DNA from: Eledone cirrhosa
Lineage: Eukaryota
Direction of reading: 5' to 3'
Length of the DNA stretch: 64,000 nucleotides
Assembly: GCA_964016885.1 (NCBI GenBank)
Contig: OZ024745.1
Location: 123,566,001 to 123,630,000, forward strand
Position numbers and translations under genes: made by a program. Of this stretch, positions 26,896-39,640 are shown one piece after another. Numbering within the stretch: the first letter of the stretch is position 1; each line of letters opens with the position of its first letter. The notes below the pieces were generated by a model. It saw nothing but the letters and a program-made list of their open reading frames with translations. It searched no databases and had not been told where the DNA came from.

Positions 26896-27898
26896 AAGGT
26901 AGCTATAGAATATGAAGTATAAGGAAAACCTGGGCAGGTGTGGTGAGAAACCTCACATAGGAGATGATGAAGGAATATGACAGGTGGAAGAAAACAGTGG
27001 TGCACATGACCCAGTCAACTCATGCAAGGAAGGAAAAGCAGATGTAAAATAAAGATGTTGATATGTTTGTAAAATAAGTTGGATTACTTTGAATAAATAA
27101 TGAATGAATATTACATAATTTATGTACTAAATTTTGTAACTCTTGATTAAATATAAATAATTTTATTGCTTATTTCAAAATTCACTTCTTTAAAATTTTC
27201 AAATGTCAACACTTCCAGTTAGCGTCAGTTAAATTATAACACTTATTACATCGCTTATATAAACATTTATATATTTGCATCGTTATATAAGTTTTATATT
27301 TCCTTCGCTAATTTTCTCCTAATGCTGTTTATATATAATATCGTCTTTTTTTAATGTATCATGGATTGCTTTACTGATTACAGTCTCTCTTCAATTTCTG
27401 TGCATATTCTCAATTATGATTTTATTTGACGTATCATATCTAAATGCATATATATTTGCATATAATATCAATATGCACACTACACATGTATTGATAATGG
27501 AAGAAGTGGCGAATTGGAAGAATCATTAGAGCATCAGACAAATGTTTAACAGAATTGGTTCCAGCTCTTTGTGTTCTGAGTTAAAACCTCAAATATTGGC
27601 TCAGTCAACTTTGCTTTTCAGCTTTTCTGTGTCAATAAAGTACCAGTCAAGTAGTAGGGTTGATGTAATCAACTTTCCCTTCTCTTCAAAATTGCTGGCT
27701 TTGTGCCAAAATTTAAAAAAAAGCATATTTCTAATGAAATTTGCTGCCTGTGATTTTCAATTAATATTTGAAATAACCAAGAATTTGTAGTGATTTAGTA
27801 AAATAATTAACTTTTACAGCTTTTACATTCAAGGTGATGCTTGAAACATAAAATGTTATTTTTTCATTAAAAAAAAAAAATTATGATGGAATGTTTAA

Positions 27899-28108
27899 CC
27901 ATTTAATGTTAAAACCGGCCAGAATTCTCTACCTTTTTCTGTTGAAACTGGCTGTAACTGGTCACTCAAACTGATGTTAAGGTATTGGTCTCAAAATAAA
28001 TACTTTAAAAATCTCATAGATTCGATATTATGTGAGATAATTATGTGAGTTAAAGCATTTACCATGAACATACAATAGTATATATAGTGTAATGTGAATG
28101 CTAAAGGG
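27899..28108 (-). mobile_element. TTAA MITE family 1 inserted into a duplicated segment
   Basis: TTAA at 27895-98 and 28109-12; paralogous empty site at 25721-24. Confidence 0.9.
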
Positions 28109-28864
28109 TTAAATTTAAGTATGAAGTGTTCAAAGAAATTGTGTTTCATAGAGCAAGAAGTGGTGTCAGACATTTGGTGTCAGAATGATGGAACACCAGA
28201 AAATATTTTTCATGGCATTAAGGTCAGTTTTATTTTAGTCTTGAGCATATCTTATCCTATTTTATTGTTAGGATGATTAACCTTTCATTACTGTATGACA
28301 TACATTCTATATGAATTAGTTGTTGAAGAATGTTGAAGAATTTACTAAAGTTATTAATTATTTCATTATTAAGATAGTATTTGTAACATAACATAAGAAA
28401 AGTAAACATTTTTTGGATGGTTTTAACACACTTTAAAATGGGTGTTTTGTTCCATGGAATGAGAGCTGGTTTGCAGAAGGTTGGTATCAAAAGGGTTAAA
28501 TCTACTGACTATGGTATATTGAAGCTGACTTCTATACTATGTAAACAAATATTCTAAATTGTAAGGTATACTTTTATTTAATACAAATACTGTTTTAACC
28601 TCATTATCAAATTAAAACCACAGTTTCTATCTCTCCATGTGCAGAACATGTAGGATTGATTTGACTAATTTCTTGTCATCTTAATTCTTTCAATCAAGAC
28701 AAATCTATCTTTCCTTTACAGAGAAATTATAACTTTTAGTTGTTTATTGTGTATACTAACTAGCACTCAGCTTAGCTGGTCAATCTAATTTGCTTAACAG
28801 CTCATACACTTATAATGTAGATTAATTAATTGAATCACAGTACTCTACACTGTGATATTAAGTT

Positions 28865-29100
28865 AAAGTCTGTTCTAAGCCAGAAGCTCATCAGGCTGGT
28901 GCTTATCTACAGTTTCTTTGGTGTTAAGCAACTGAGAGTACACAACTCTCCCTGGATAGGATGCTAGCCCATCACATGATTAATTTCCCCAGCTACTGTT
29001 GGTACTCAGTCTCAGCTGGGTATCCTGGAACAATGTGAAATGAAGTGTTTTGCTCAAGAACACAATACAGCAGCCTGTCCAGGAATTGAACCTATGACAT
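28865..29100 (-). mobile_element. SINE family B with tail type 2
   Basis: Reverse complement similar to 7511-7770 and 36281-36565. Confidence 0.7.
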
Positions 29101-30555
29101 TGTAATAAGACATCACTCTGTGTATTCTTTCCAACTACCTGCATTCTGAGTTCAAGCCCTATTTTCTCTCACTGGAAAAAGGGTTACACTGCTGCCAGGA
29201 GTTGCAACTGGCAAATAGTGTTAGCAATGGAAAAAATAATTGAAACAGTTTCTTTGGTCTAATCTGACTATCAGCTCTTTTTTATTTTTTAATCTTTTTT
29301 CAAGGAAACTAGATGAGTATTCTTTCTGAGATGAAGGTTGAAGATGTGTAACTAGTCAGATTTATCCCTCTTCTTATGGCCATGGAGTAATCAATCTGTG
29401 TTGTTATCAATCCATTTCGCTATCACAGTAGGACTAGAAGTATATCTTATATTTCAAATTATCCAAAAATATTGTTGTTTACTATGAATTCATTAATTAA
29501 AATGAGATAAAAAAAAGCCTTACATGAAATATCTTTTTGTTAGGGGTTCGATTGTATTTGGTTGTTTTTGATTCACATTTGAAACTTTCCCAAATACATC
29601 TCCCAGGTGGACTTTAATGATTCACTCCCTCTCCTTTTCAAGCAAAGACTGTCATCTTAAAAACTAATTATTTTTACTCATACTCTTCCTCTTTCTTTCT
29701 CACTCTCCCTGATTAGTTTATTATGTATCTTCCTTTTTCTCTTTCTTTCAGTTTTTCTTTTCATATTTAACTCCCCTTCCTTCTCACTCTTTTGTTTCAC
29801 TTTTAACTTGCTAATTCTTATTCCTTTTTGCTTTTGATTATTTCTTCTCTGGTTTCCTGTTTTATAAATCACTATATCTTTTTACCAATTCCTCCATACA
29901 TCTTCACACACACACGTACACACACACACAGTACTCTACTTAATACTCCTATTTCATTAAGAGTCAACTACAGAAAACTTTGTTTATCCAATCATTAAAT
30001 ACACTGACTTTGTAGATAAAATAACAGAAATGATATTATTTCTTGTTCTGAGAGTTGAATAGCTTAACATTTAGATAGTATCATGTTTACCATAAACAAT
30101 TACTGTGCAGATTTGCAGAGTAGAAATATTGTATTTTGGAATTATATATTATGCTCAGTGGAGTTGAATTAATTGACCTAACATTAAGTGGTTTGTGTAC
30201 TGTGACATTCCTTTCCAACCTTCTGTCTATGTGACATTAAAGTTAGAGACTTGTGTTTTTGATGTATGTCTTTTTCAGGAAACTTATTTTGGTAAAAGAA
30301 ATTAGGAATCTATACATTCTATACTAAATGTTAAAAGTTTAATTTTATGGTGCATGCATATTTCTATGTACTTGAAACTAAATAACTGTTTGTTTGGGTT
30401 TCATAGGCATTTCTTTGTTCCTGAAACATTAAATTAACTGGAAATAAAGAAAGGGAGAAAGACATTACAATAGAACTTGGTGATTTTGTATATGCATGAG
30501 TGAGTGTTTATAATAGTGTATATATATATTTGTGTGTGCGTGTATATACATATAA

Positions 30556-31797
30556 CTAGCAGCAAGACCCGGTGTTGCACGGGGTAGGACACGTGAAATA
30601 GCAATACGCATATGCAAAGATTGAGGAATGTAGCTGTGTACTTTTTGAATTCCCTTATTCTCAGGGAATGATTGTTCATCTACTGGAAATATAGAACACC
30701 AGCAGGCCCGAATCGTGAAACATCTGCATGCATGTGCAAAGTCTGAAGAAAATCAGCTGGATACTCTTTAAGTGTACTAAATCGTATAGTATGATTTTTC
30801 TTCCATTTGGAGAAAATTGGTCAGGTACTTTTCAAGTTTTATAGATTTGCACCCAGTCATTCGAACAGTGGGCTGATTGCAGACATCCTGTAAGTGAAAG
30901 GAGCAAGTGTTGTGGGACAATGTATGTTGTAAGTCTGTTCACGAATTACGTCATGGATAGGGAACACACATCAGTCTGAAGGAGCGATGTAGTCAATTGT
31001 GTGAAAACCAAGTAGGGATGTACGTTTTAGTAGGGATATTGAGATGACGAAATCAGCATGGCAACGCAGCTGCAGCAGAAAGTGGTCATAGTGCAATTAG
31101 CACAAACGCTGGGCGGCACTGGTTGCACTGTTTACACAGCAACAAAGGTGCGACAAAAGGAGTCACCAAAAAATTAACACAACCACGGTTCAGCATACTT
31201 GCGCAGGGCGTTCATACTGCGGTGTAGGTGCAACAAAAAGGGTCTTGGTAGAAGTAGCACAGACGTGAGTTTTACAGTGTCAATAACACGGCAATGTACA
31301 CAGGGCCCGGATTTGCGTGTGGTGAAAGCACAAAGCGTCAACAGGGCGCTGACAAATTTTAAGGTCCTCCTCATTTCCTCAATCCCCCCAAAATGGTCCT
31401 GCTTAAAAGTAAGTAAGTGTTGTGTCCTCTGTTAAATAAACCAAAGTTTTAACGAAATATTATATGCTAGTTACAATATTTAAGTAGCATTTATATTAAA
31501 AATGAAAATGGCATGTAATGCCCAATGCTAATTTGTAAATTTCCTAGAAACCATTAATGGAATCGTTTTTTGTCCACAGCAATGTGAGGGGACTAACTAA
31601 TGTGTGCTGCAAATTTTGAGGAAATCGGCTGGATTATTAAGTTATGCCTAAAAAATGTGGGTTTTCACCTAATGCAGGCTCTAGGGCAGAAAAAGTTAAA
31701 ATTTTATAACTTTTGAAAGTTTGAAAAAACTCGGTCGGGTACTTCTCGAGTTTTAGGGATTTACACAGACAGACATCCTCTGTTTTATATATAGAGA
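30556..31797 (-). mobile_element. Non-autonomous Helitron with a GC-richer internal segment
   Basis: a|TC...CTAG|t ends, subterminal hairpin cccggtgttgcacggg, 5' end similar to the 20660 family. Confidence 0.75.
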
Positions 31798-31972
31798 TAA
31801 TAATAATAATTGTTTCTACTTTTTGGCACAAGGCCAGCAATTACTCAGTACATTACTGGTACTCTATTTTATCGACCTCGTAAGGATGAAAGGCAAAGTT
31901 AAGTTCCCCGGGATTTGAACTCAGAAAGCATGGCATCCGATCCTCTACCGATACTGCAAATCCATTGCCCTA

Positions 31973-32013
<41 letters not shown>

Positions 32014-32045
32014 GATAGTTACTTTAGTGCATCCCTATTTATTTT

Positions 32046-32457
32046 ATTGAGACCTTTGGCGGTACTCAGTAACAGAGAAGACCCGCCTTGCCAGTAGGCA
32101 TCTCTAACAAAATACACCCCGTCCCGCCACCACCCCCACCCCATCCACACCACCCCGTTCTATGTAAAGTTATGTTGGTGCCGCGCCATCCAGGCCGAAA
32201 CAAATGAGATCGTGTAGGTGTCACGACAAAAAAACACACAGTCCACGCTGTAATGTGGCCGTGTAGGCAACACGGTAAAAACCTCCCAGACCCACACTGT
32301 AAATGTGGTTGGTGTTAGGAAGGGCATCCAGCTGTAGAAAACCTGCCAGACAGTCCTATGCGAGCAAGACAATCACTCTTGCCTCAAGTGGGACTACCCC
32401 CGTCCAAACCCATGCAAGCGTGGAACACGGACGTTAAACGTTGATGATGATGATGAT
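32046..32457 (+). mobile_element. 3' UTR of a long-tailed RTE LINE, 5'-truncated
   Basis: Near identical to 39655-40076; homologous to 46590-47050 and 50345-50800. Confidence 0.85.
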
Positions 32458-32634
32458 ACATATTTCAAAGATGTATAGCTTATGTATAACATCAAACATG
32501 TTCTCTTCAGATAAAATTCATAGGAGATGTAAATATCCTTCGATATGCTAGTGGTCAGATGAGTTATTCACTTCAATGACCGGCCAGCATATGCCTGAAA
32601 AAAGTTTCACTGTAATAGATATTGTATTTTTTCC

Positions 32635-32985
32635 CACTCATACAATATCAATGCACTTGCACTCCAGCCACTTCTGGATGAACCCCTTGTAGTCCTCCAA
32701 ATTAAAGGTGTTCAGAGCGTTTGTCACATCCACCTTCATCTCCTCCACATCCTCAAAGCGGCTACCCCTGAGCTTCTTCTTTAGCTTCAGGAGCATCCTG
32801 AAGCCACATAGGGCTAAGTCTGGACTGTAGGGAGGATGGGGGACAGTCTTGATCCCCATATCGGCCAAGTAGTTGGTCACAAGGATGGATTTGTGACAGG
32901 GGGCATTGTCCTGGTGCAGCTGCCCCTGATCAGACTTGAAGAGTTCTGGTCTCTTGTGACTAAATCTCTTTCTGAATTGCCTCTA
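32635..32985 (-). mobile_element. mariner transposase C-terminal fragment
   Basis: HQDNAPCH...VPHPPYSPDLA motif. Confidence 0.9.
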
Positions 32986-33749
32986 CATAGTAATCTTAAT
33001 TGACTGTTTGGCCCAAGGGAACTTTATTCTCTAATTCAATAATCTTGCCTGAATTTACTAACTTGTATATTGTACATAACATATTAGTAATAAAAGTTGT
33101 CACCTTTTATAGTACTTTTAACTTCTACAAATCATTCAAAATTGTCCATTTTAAAGTATTCATTTTTAAATTACAATTTTTCTCCACAAATTTGTATAAC
33201 AATCTTTTGTTGAAATATGTTTTGAACACCAACGTAATAATAAAAACGTTAATTATTTTGCTAAATCCCTCTGAATTCTTGATTATCCCATAAATTAAAT
33301 TAAACAAATAGGTTGTGCCTTTTATCTAAAACTGTCACAAAAAGGATAAAGAATTTTGAAAGCCAAGATTTGTCTTGCAATCAAGTGTAAAATGATAGTA
33401 TTTTTGTTTGAAAGTTTTCAATTTACACAACACACTACTGAAGCTAATGTGTAAACAAGACAGGGATGAAAATATGGCTATCACTGGCTGCACATGCTTT
33501 TTTCTTAATCCCTTGTGTGTATTCTCTTTATATTTGCAAGGACTCTGTTTGCTTCCAAATTGAGCAGACTTTAACAATCAACACGTAGAAAGTGAAACCT
33601 GTTTCCGATTGCTTGGAAATAAAGACAGGGATGAAATATTTTTCATTATTGTGTATTTCCGTTCATTAATGAATAATTAATACTATCATTAATGAATGGT
33701 TTCATTCTATATTGTAATTGGCTAACCGTAAAAATTGGGAAATGTTTTG

Positions 33750-34090
33750 ATCACGCCTTGCGCTTTCATACATGAGAACAGTCACTTGTGCACTTTTTGT
33801 GACACTAAACTCCGCCAGTTGCAGACTGCGCATCAACATGAGATATTTTTCTCCACAAAGTTCGATCACCACCAGCAGAGTTTAAAAAGCAAAGATCAAG
33901 TCCTGTCCATAGGTTGACATTATCGAGCCATCGTTTTGGCTGCCGGCCTCTGCTTCCCTTACTAGCGAACCTTCCGTCCAGGCATAACCTACTCACACCA
34001 TAAGTTGATCTTTTTATATGACCATATAGTTTGAGTACTCTTGACTTGACAATTAATGTAATTGGTCTAAGTTTGGTAATGTAGAGCAGT
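33750..34090 (-). mobile_element. RTE-type LINE C-terminal remnant
   Basis: LDGRFASKGSRGRQPKRWLDNV...DRTLWRK. Confidence 0.7.
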
Positions 34091-34660
34091 TCATAAGTCT
34101 CAATTGTGCACTGAGTACATTCAATTGTGTCAAAGACATAACAATCTCTAGTTCGCTCTGTAGAGTGTGGGAATGTGTGTGAGAGAGATGCAAGCCCCAG
34201 GCCGCCCTTTGAGGTCAGTATCTCTGATTAAGTACCAACATATTCTGTAATCATCCATCCAACCTTGTTTGCTGGGAAAATGTGTTAAATGATGATAATG
34301 ATAATAATATGAATCAGGATAATATCTTAGATTTACTACAAGAATGTAATATGAATTGCACAAGATGGAAGACATTTAGAAGAAATAACGGTGTATATTT
34401 TCTCTTTGCTACTATGTCCAAAATGTTGAAAACAAACCAAAATCAAGTCTGGAACATTTTTTAGCAACAGCATCCTTGGTATTTCAGAACCAATGTAATT
34501 GATGATTTTATGAATTCTAGAAATCCCAGTAACCCTTTGTCAGTTGTGTAATTACATATGAATGGTAGAATGAAGGAAATGGATCCCTGTTGGTTCCTGT
34601 TCTTAAATGACTGGGACAGCCTGTTACTGTAGTGTTGTTGTATGAATCGTTAATGTTTAA

Positions 34661-34881
34661 CCCTTTAGCATTTAAACCGGCCATATCCGGCAAGAATTCT
34701 CTCATCTTTCTCTGTTCAAACTGGCTGTAACCACCTGCTCATACTGTTGTTAAGGTATTGTTCTCAAAATAAATAGTATCAAAATCTCATAGATTCAATA
34801 TTATGTGAGATAATTATGTGAGGTAAAGCCTTTACTTTGAAAATATAATGGTATATATAAAGTAATATAAATGCTAAAGGG
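34661..34881 (-). mobile_element. TTAA MITE family 1. Further copies at 35519-35708, 41397-41609, ~43860-44062, 44900-45106, 49108-49328, 56234-56441, 59906-60102
   Basis: 14-bp TIR ccctttagcattta, TTAA flanks, conserved core; whole element ~190-220 bp. Confidence 0.9.
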
Positions 34882-36280
34882 TTAAACTGTAAAATAATCA
34901 GAGTCCTGTGACTTAACAAGTCTTGGGTTTCCAGATATACAACAACAGTAGGAAGAAGATATATCAATGACTGAAATGCAGTGACCATGGTAGCAATATA
35001 TCAACAATGGGTTGCTTCAGAAATCACAGGGGTTACTGATGAATGGTATTTAGATAATAAACTGCTACACATCTTCAATGGTCTCCATTGTCCCAGGGAA
35101 AGATTACACACGCCATTAAAACAAATAATTGGCAGTTAAAGGGAAAAGAAGTGGTCCCCTGTAGATGTATGGTTTGACTTTTCTCTGGCAACATTATAAC
35201 TTAGATATCTTTCTAAGCTGTATCACGCAAGATATCCTGTATAGAAAAATATATCTGTAAGCAACATGAAAATATTGAATAATAAAATTTTTTTTTTCAA
35301 CAAATTCCAATTAAATTATACAATGTTTGCAATAAAAAAAAAATGGAAAAAGTTAAGTAGCAAAAAAAGGGAAGGGAGAGAGAGCAGCAACCTCCTCATC
35401 CCAGCCTGGGTGGTATAACCTTGCAGACAAGGGTGAAATCATTGCAGTGAAGAACATATGACCGCTTTTTCATGTCCAAGTAATCACAAAAACTTCTAGT
35501 ATTTAGTACATAACTTAACCCTTTAGCATTTAAACTGGCTGCATCCATTCATTTCTGTTCAAAATGGCCATAACCGACCGCTCATACTGATGTTAACGTA
35601 TTTTTCTCAAAATAAATAATATCAAATCTCATAGATTTGATATTATGCGATAAAGTCTTTACTGTGAAAATATAATAGTAAATATAGAGTTATGGAAATG
35701 CTAAAGGGTTAACACAAAGCTCTTAGAATTGTGATCAAAGATTTCAATTTAGAGCATGTTTAGCTGCATCAAATGTCTTTTTCATATTGACACTGGTGAT
35801 TGAGGGTAATGTAGCTGCTTTTTCCTAACAGTTTGAGTCATTTCTTTACTGGTTTGTGTAAAACAGTAGAACTAGAGGCAGCTACAGGTAGTTTATTTTC
35901 AAAATAATTAATATTGAAAAAATGCTGAGCAAGTCTTTGAAATTTGGAAGATGTATATGTTGGGATTATACATGCTCAGAAAAATAACTTGATCTTGGGT
36001 TGTGTATTGAAACTGAAGCAATTATATTGTGGAAGAGCTATTTTAGGCATTAAAACCCACATGCATGCCCCCCCCCCCCCCGTCCCTTTCATGCACACAC
36101 ACACACGCACACGCACACGCACACGCACACACACACACACACACAAGCTTGTTATTGTTTCAACTCTGTGACCTGATCACTGATCCAATTCCACTGCACA
36201 ACATTCTGAAGTACTTTAAAATGGTGTTCCAGTATGGCTACTTGCCATTGGCTGGGGTGAGAAAAGATTTAATTCTTATT

Positions 36281-36565
36281 GTACAGGCATGTGGCCTAAT
36301 GGCAAGAGCATTGGACTTATGATTGCAATGTGAGTTCGATTCCTGGACTGGGTTGTGTGTTGTGTTCTTGAGCAAAACACTTTATTTCACATTGCTCTAG
36401 TATAATCAGCTGAAAATGAGCAGCAACAATAGCTAGGGGTTTAACTCTGCAATGAACTGGAGTCCTCTCCAAGGAGTAGTCTTCTTCTCTCAGTCACTTA
36501 ATGCCATGTTAACCAGGATAAACACTGGCCTGATGAGCCTCTGAGCCTGAGACAGACTTAAAACT
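36281..36565 (+). mobile_element. SINE family B with tail type 2
   Basis: Head and CORE-like region as at 7511; gagttcgattcc B box. Confidence 0.8.
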
Positions 36566-37952
36566 TCATTCTTATTGTTAACAGTAATTTTACAATAGGC
36601 TTTCAATTTATTCTAATAAAGGACGGTTGATTTAGCAAAGTCGTTAGAATGTTGGATATTTGTTCTAGCTCCCTGTATTCCAAATTTCAAATCCTTCCAA
36701 GGTCCACTTTGTCTTTCATCCTCTCACAGTTGATAAATTGCCAGTTCAGTGGTGGTGCAGCCTTCTTTTTTTTCCAGATATCACCTCCTGGATGTTACCC
36801 TGGATAAAGGGAGGGAAGGTCATGATGGTGTCAATGACTGCTTGCCACTGCATGTGCATATAAAATGCATAATAGATACCACCAAGTTGAACTAGGTTGT
36901 GAGTGAGATCTGCAGTGGGTTTTTAAAAAATTCTAACCTAACAAGAAGCTACATGTAATGGAATCATGTTTTTTCTAGCAAGCCAACAAACAGCGAAAAT
37001 ACTCATTAATTTTTATAAAGAATTTGGTTATGTCTAATTTTTTATCACTTCAATTTGAAGCATGGGTTTCTTGTATTCTTGGATGTCCATAGTTGATGTA
37101 TTAGATTTTGTATTTAATTATTTTTTTTAAATTTCTGTTTACTTCTCCTGAAAATGTAGGTTTAAAATGTGGGTTAGTCAAACTATTTCTGACTGAATTA
37201 TTTTGATTGTGTGAAGTTAATTTAGTTATTTGTAATAAAGCAATCGATTAAGCTTGCTGAATAGAAATGTCATTGAATAGTGCACAATTTGAGCATAGCT
37301 GATCTTTCGATGATGGTGATGATGATGATGATGATGATAGATCACAGGTGCCTCTCTTCCTTACAATGTGGCTGAGTTTTTAATTTGATTTCTGTTTTTC
37401 CCCGTTTGCCATTAGAATTGTTTTGTATTTCTGAAAATTTATATCAGCGTTCTATTTGCTATTGTGTTTCTTAAAATAATTTTAAAGCAAATGTTTGAAA
37501 ATGTGCGTGTACAATCAATCAAAGCTACTCACTGTTTTTTTTTCTATTAAATATGGAAACCCAATTTCAAAGAAAATGTATAAGCATTGCATATCTGTTT
37601 ACACAGTTCTAAATATTGTTGTAATATTTTGATTTCTTTTTTTGTGTTTGTTAATAGTTGAACATTGAATGGGAAATAAATAATGCTTAGTGATTGTCCC
37701 TCTCTCATTTACTCTTTCTTTCTCTCTCTCCCTCCTCCCCCTATCTCTCCATTGCTCCGTTTTTCTCTTTTTTACCCCACCCTCCCATACATGCTAAAAG
37801 ATACATAAACACTTTCTTTTATTCTCTGCAATGACCACAAAACCATATTTTGTTGCTATTTATTGTACCAACCTTCATTATAGTAATATCTTTACATAAT
37901 ACATTAATGTGTTTTTCAATAACAATATGATTGTGACATCTAAATTTTAATG

Positions 37953-38620
37953 TTATCATCATCATCATCATCGTCACCATCAGCGCTTGACGTCAATTTT
38001 TCCACGTTAGCATAGGTTAGCTGGGTCATCCCATTTGAGGCAAGTTGGGTCAGGTGGCCATGTCTTGCTGACACAGAACTATTTCTGGCTTGGTTTCTAT
38101 GGCTGGATGCCCTTCGTAACACCAACTACATTTACAGTGAGTGCTGGGTGCTTTTTGTCATGTCACCATCATGACCACTTTACAGTCTGGGCTGGGTGCT
38201 CTTTATGTTGTGACACCTACATACCCACCTTACAGTGTGCGCTGGATGTTTTTTCTCGTGAAACCTATACAACAACTTTACAGTTTAGGGTGGGTGATTT
38301 TGTCATGATACTTATACGACCACTTTACAGTGTGGGCTGGGTGTTTTTTGTTGTGTCACATAGACTTTACCTTTACAGTGTAGACTAGATGCTTTCTGTC
38401 GTGTCACCTACATGACCACTTTACAGTGTGGACTTTGTGTTTTTTGTCGTGTCACCAGCACAACCACTTGACAGCGTGGACTGGGTGTTTTTTTTTGTTG
38501 TGTCACCAGCATGACCACTTTACAGTGTGGGCTGGGTTTTTTTTGTCATGTCACCAGCATGATCACTTCACAGTGTGGAGTGGATGTTTTTGTCATGTCA
38601 TCAGCATGACCACTTCACGA
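37953..38620 (-). mobile_element. Retroposon 3' end with an expanded ~48-bp internal tandem array
   Basis: (CAT)n tail and ggctggatgccctt segment, followed by ~10 units of ttacagtgtgggctgggtgttttttgtcgtgtcacc...gaccact. Confidence 0.8.
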
Positions 38621-38794
38621 TATGCAGAAAAGTAACTGGCATACATTCTATAAAATGCACATAATGCAGATCTTGGGTACACAAGAGATGTAGTGGATAG
38701 CAGGCAAACTAACAGGTAGGGAGAAATACGTATGCAGTAGATGTACAGGGAAATTTGACAGTAGAAGTCACATTGATAGACACATTTTTCTAAT

Positions 38795-39408
38795 GCAGGC
38801 GGGTGCTATAGAAGTGGTTGATAGCCTCCGGTACCTGATTAGCATGGGGGGGGGGGGTGTTCCGAGGCCATAGTATCTAGAATAAGAACGAGTTGGAAGA
38901 AGTTTAGGGAGCTGCTTCCTCTGCTGATGAAGAAGGGCTGGTTATATAATGCCTGCGTGAGGAGCGCGATGCTGCATGGTAGTGAGACATGGGCAGCAGC
39001 TGCAGAGGACATGCGATGGCTGGAGAGAAATGAGGCAAACATGCTCCATTGGATGTGCAATGCCAATGCGTGTGAACGACCGAGCATGGATGTATTGAGA
39101 GAGAAACTGTGTCTGAGAGGGATAGAATGTAGTGTGCGAGAGAGGAGACTGAGGTGGTATGGACATGTGATGCGCATGGAGGATGGGTGCAGAAGTCCCA
39201 GGAAATGCCAGTTGAAGGAAGACGTGGTAGAGGTAGACCACGAAAAACATGGGCGGAGGTGGTGAGAGGTGACCTCAGATCGCTGAAGCTCACGGTGGAG
39301 ATGACAAAGGACCGTGACAAGTGGAGAGATGCTGTGCTGAATAAGATCCGTCCCACCCTTGCAAGCAGGGAAAAGCGGACATAAAATGATGATGATGATG
39401 ATGATGAT
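38795..39408 (+). mobile_element. RTE LINE 3' portion, frameshifted
   Basis: LYNACVRSAMLHGSETW, RRLRWYGHVMR, RGRGRPRKTW; tail near identical to the SINE B tail. Confidence 0.9.
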
Positions 39409-39434
39409 GTGTGTGTATGTGTGTCTATATATGT

Positions 39435-39494
<60 letters not shown>

Positions 39495-39577
39495 GTTATT
39501 CCGGGTTGAGTCGGAGGTAACCACAGTAAGTAAGGTACTCAATACATTGCAGAGTATAACAGTTTTAATATAGATGA

Positions 39578-39626
39578 GATTCTACAGGACTAGAATTGTT
39601 TCATTCTTTAGAAATCATCAGGAATC
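39578..39626 (-). ncRNA. Minimal type I hammerhead ribozyme candidate, probably in a Penelope-like pLTR remnant (~39493-39630)
   Basis: Minus strand GAUUC-CUGAUGA-UUUCUAAAGAAU-GAAA-CA-(10 nt)-UG-UA-GAAUC: core boxes intact, 5-bp stem I, GUA cleavage triplet, U-U at the base of stem II. Confidence 0.65.
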
Positions 39627-39640
39627 GCATATATATATAT

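Noticed and set aside
36525-36560. CTGATGAG hammerhead core
   Set aside because: No GAAA box or closing stems; it is part of SINE tail type 2
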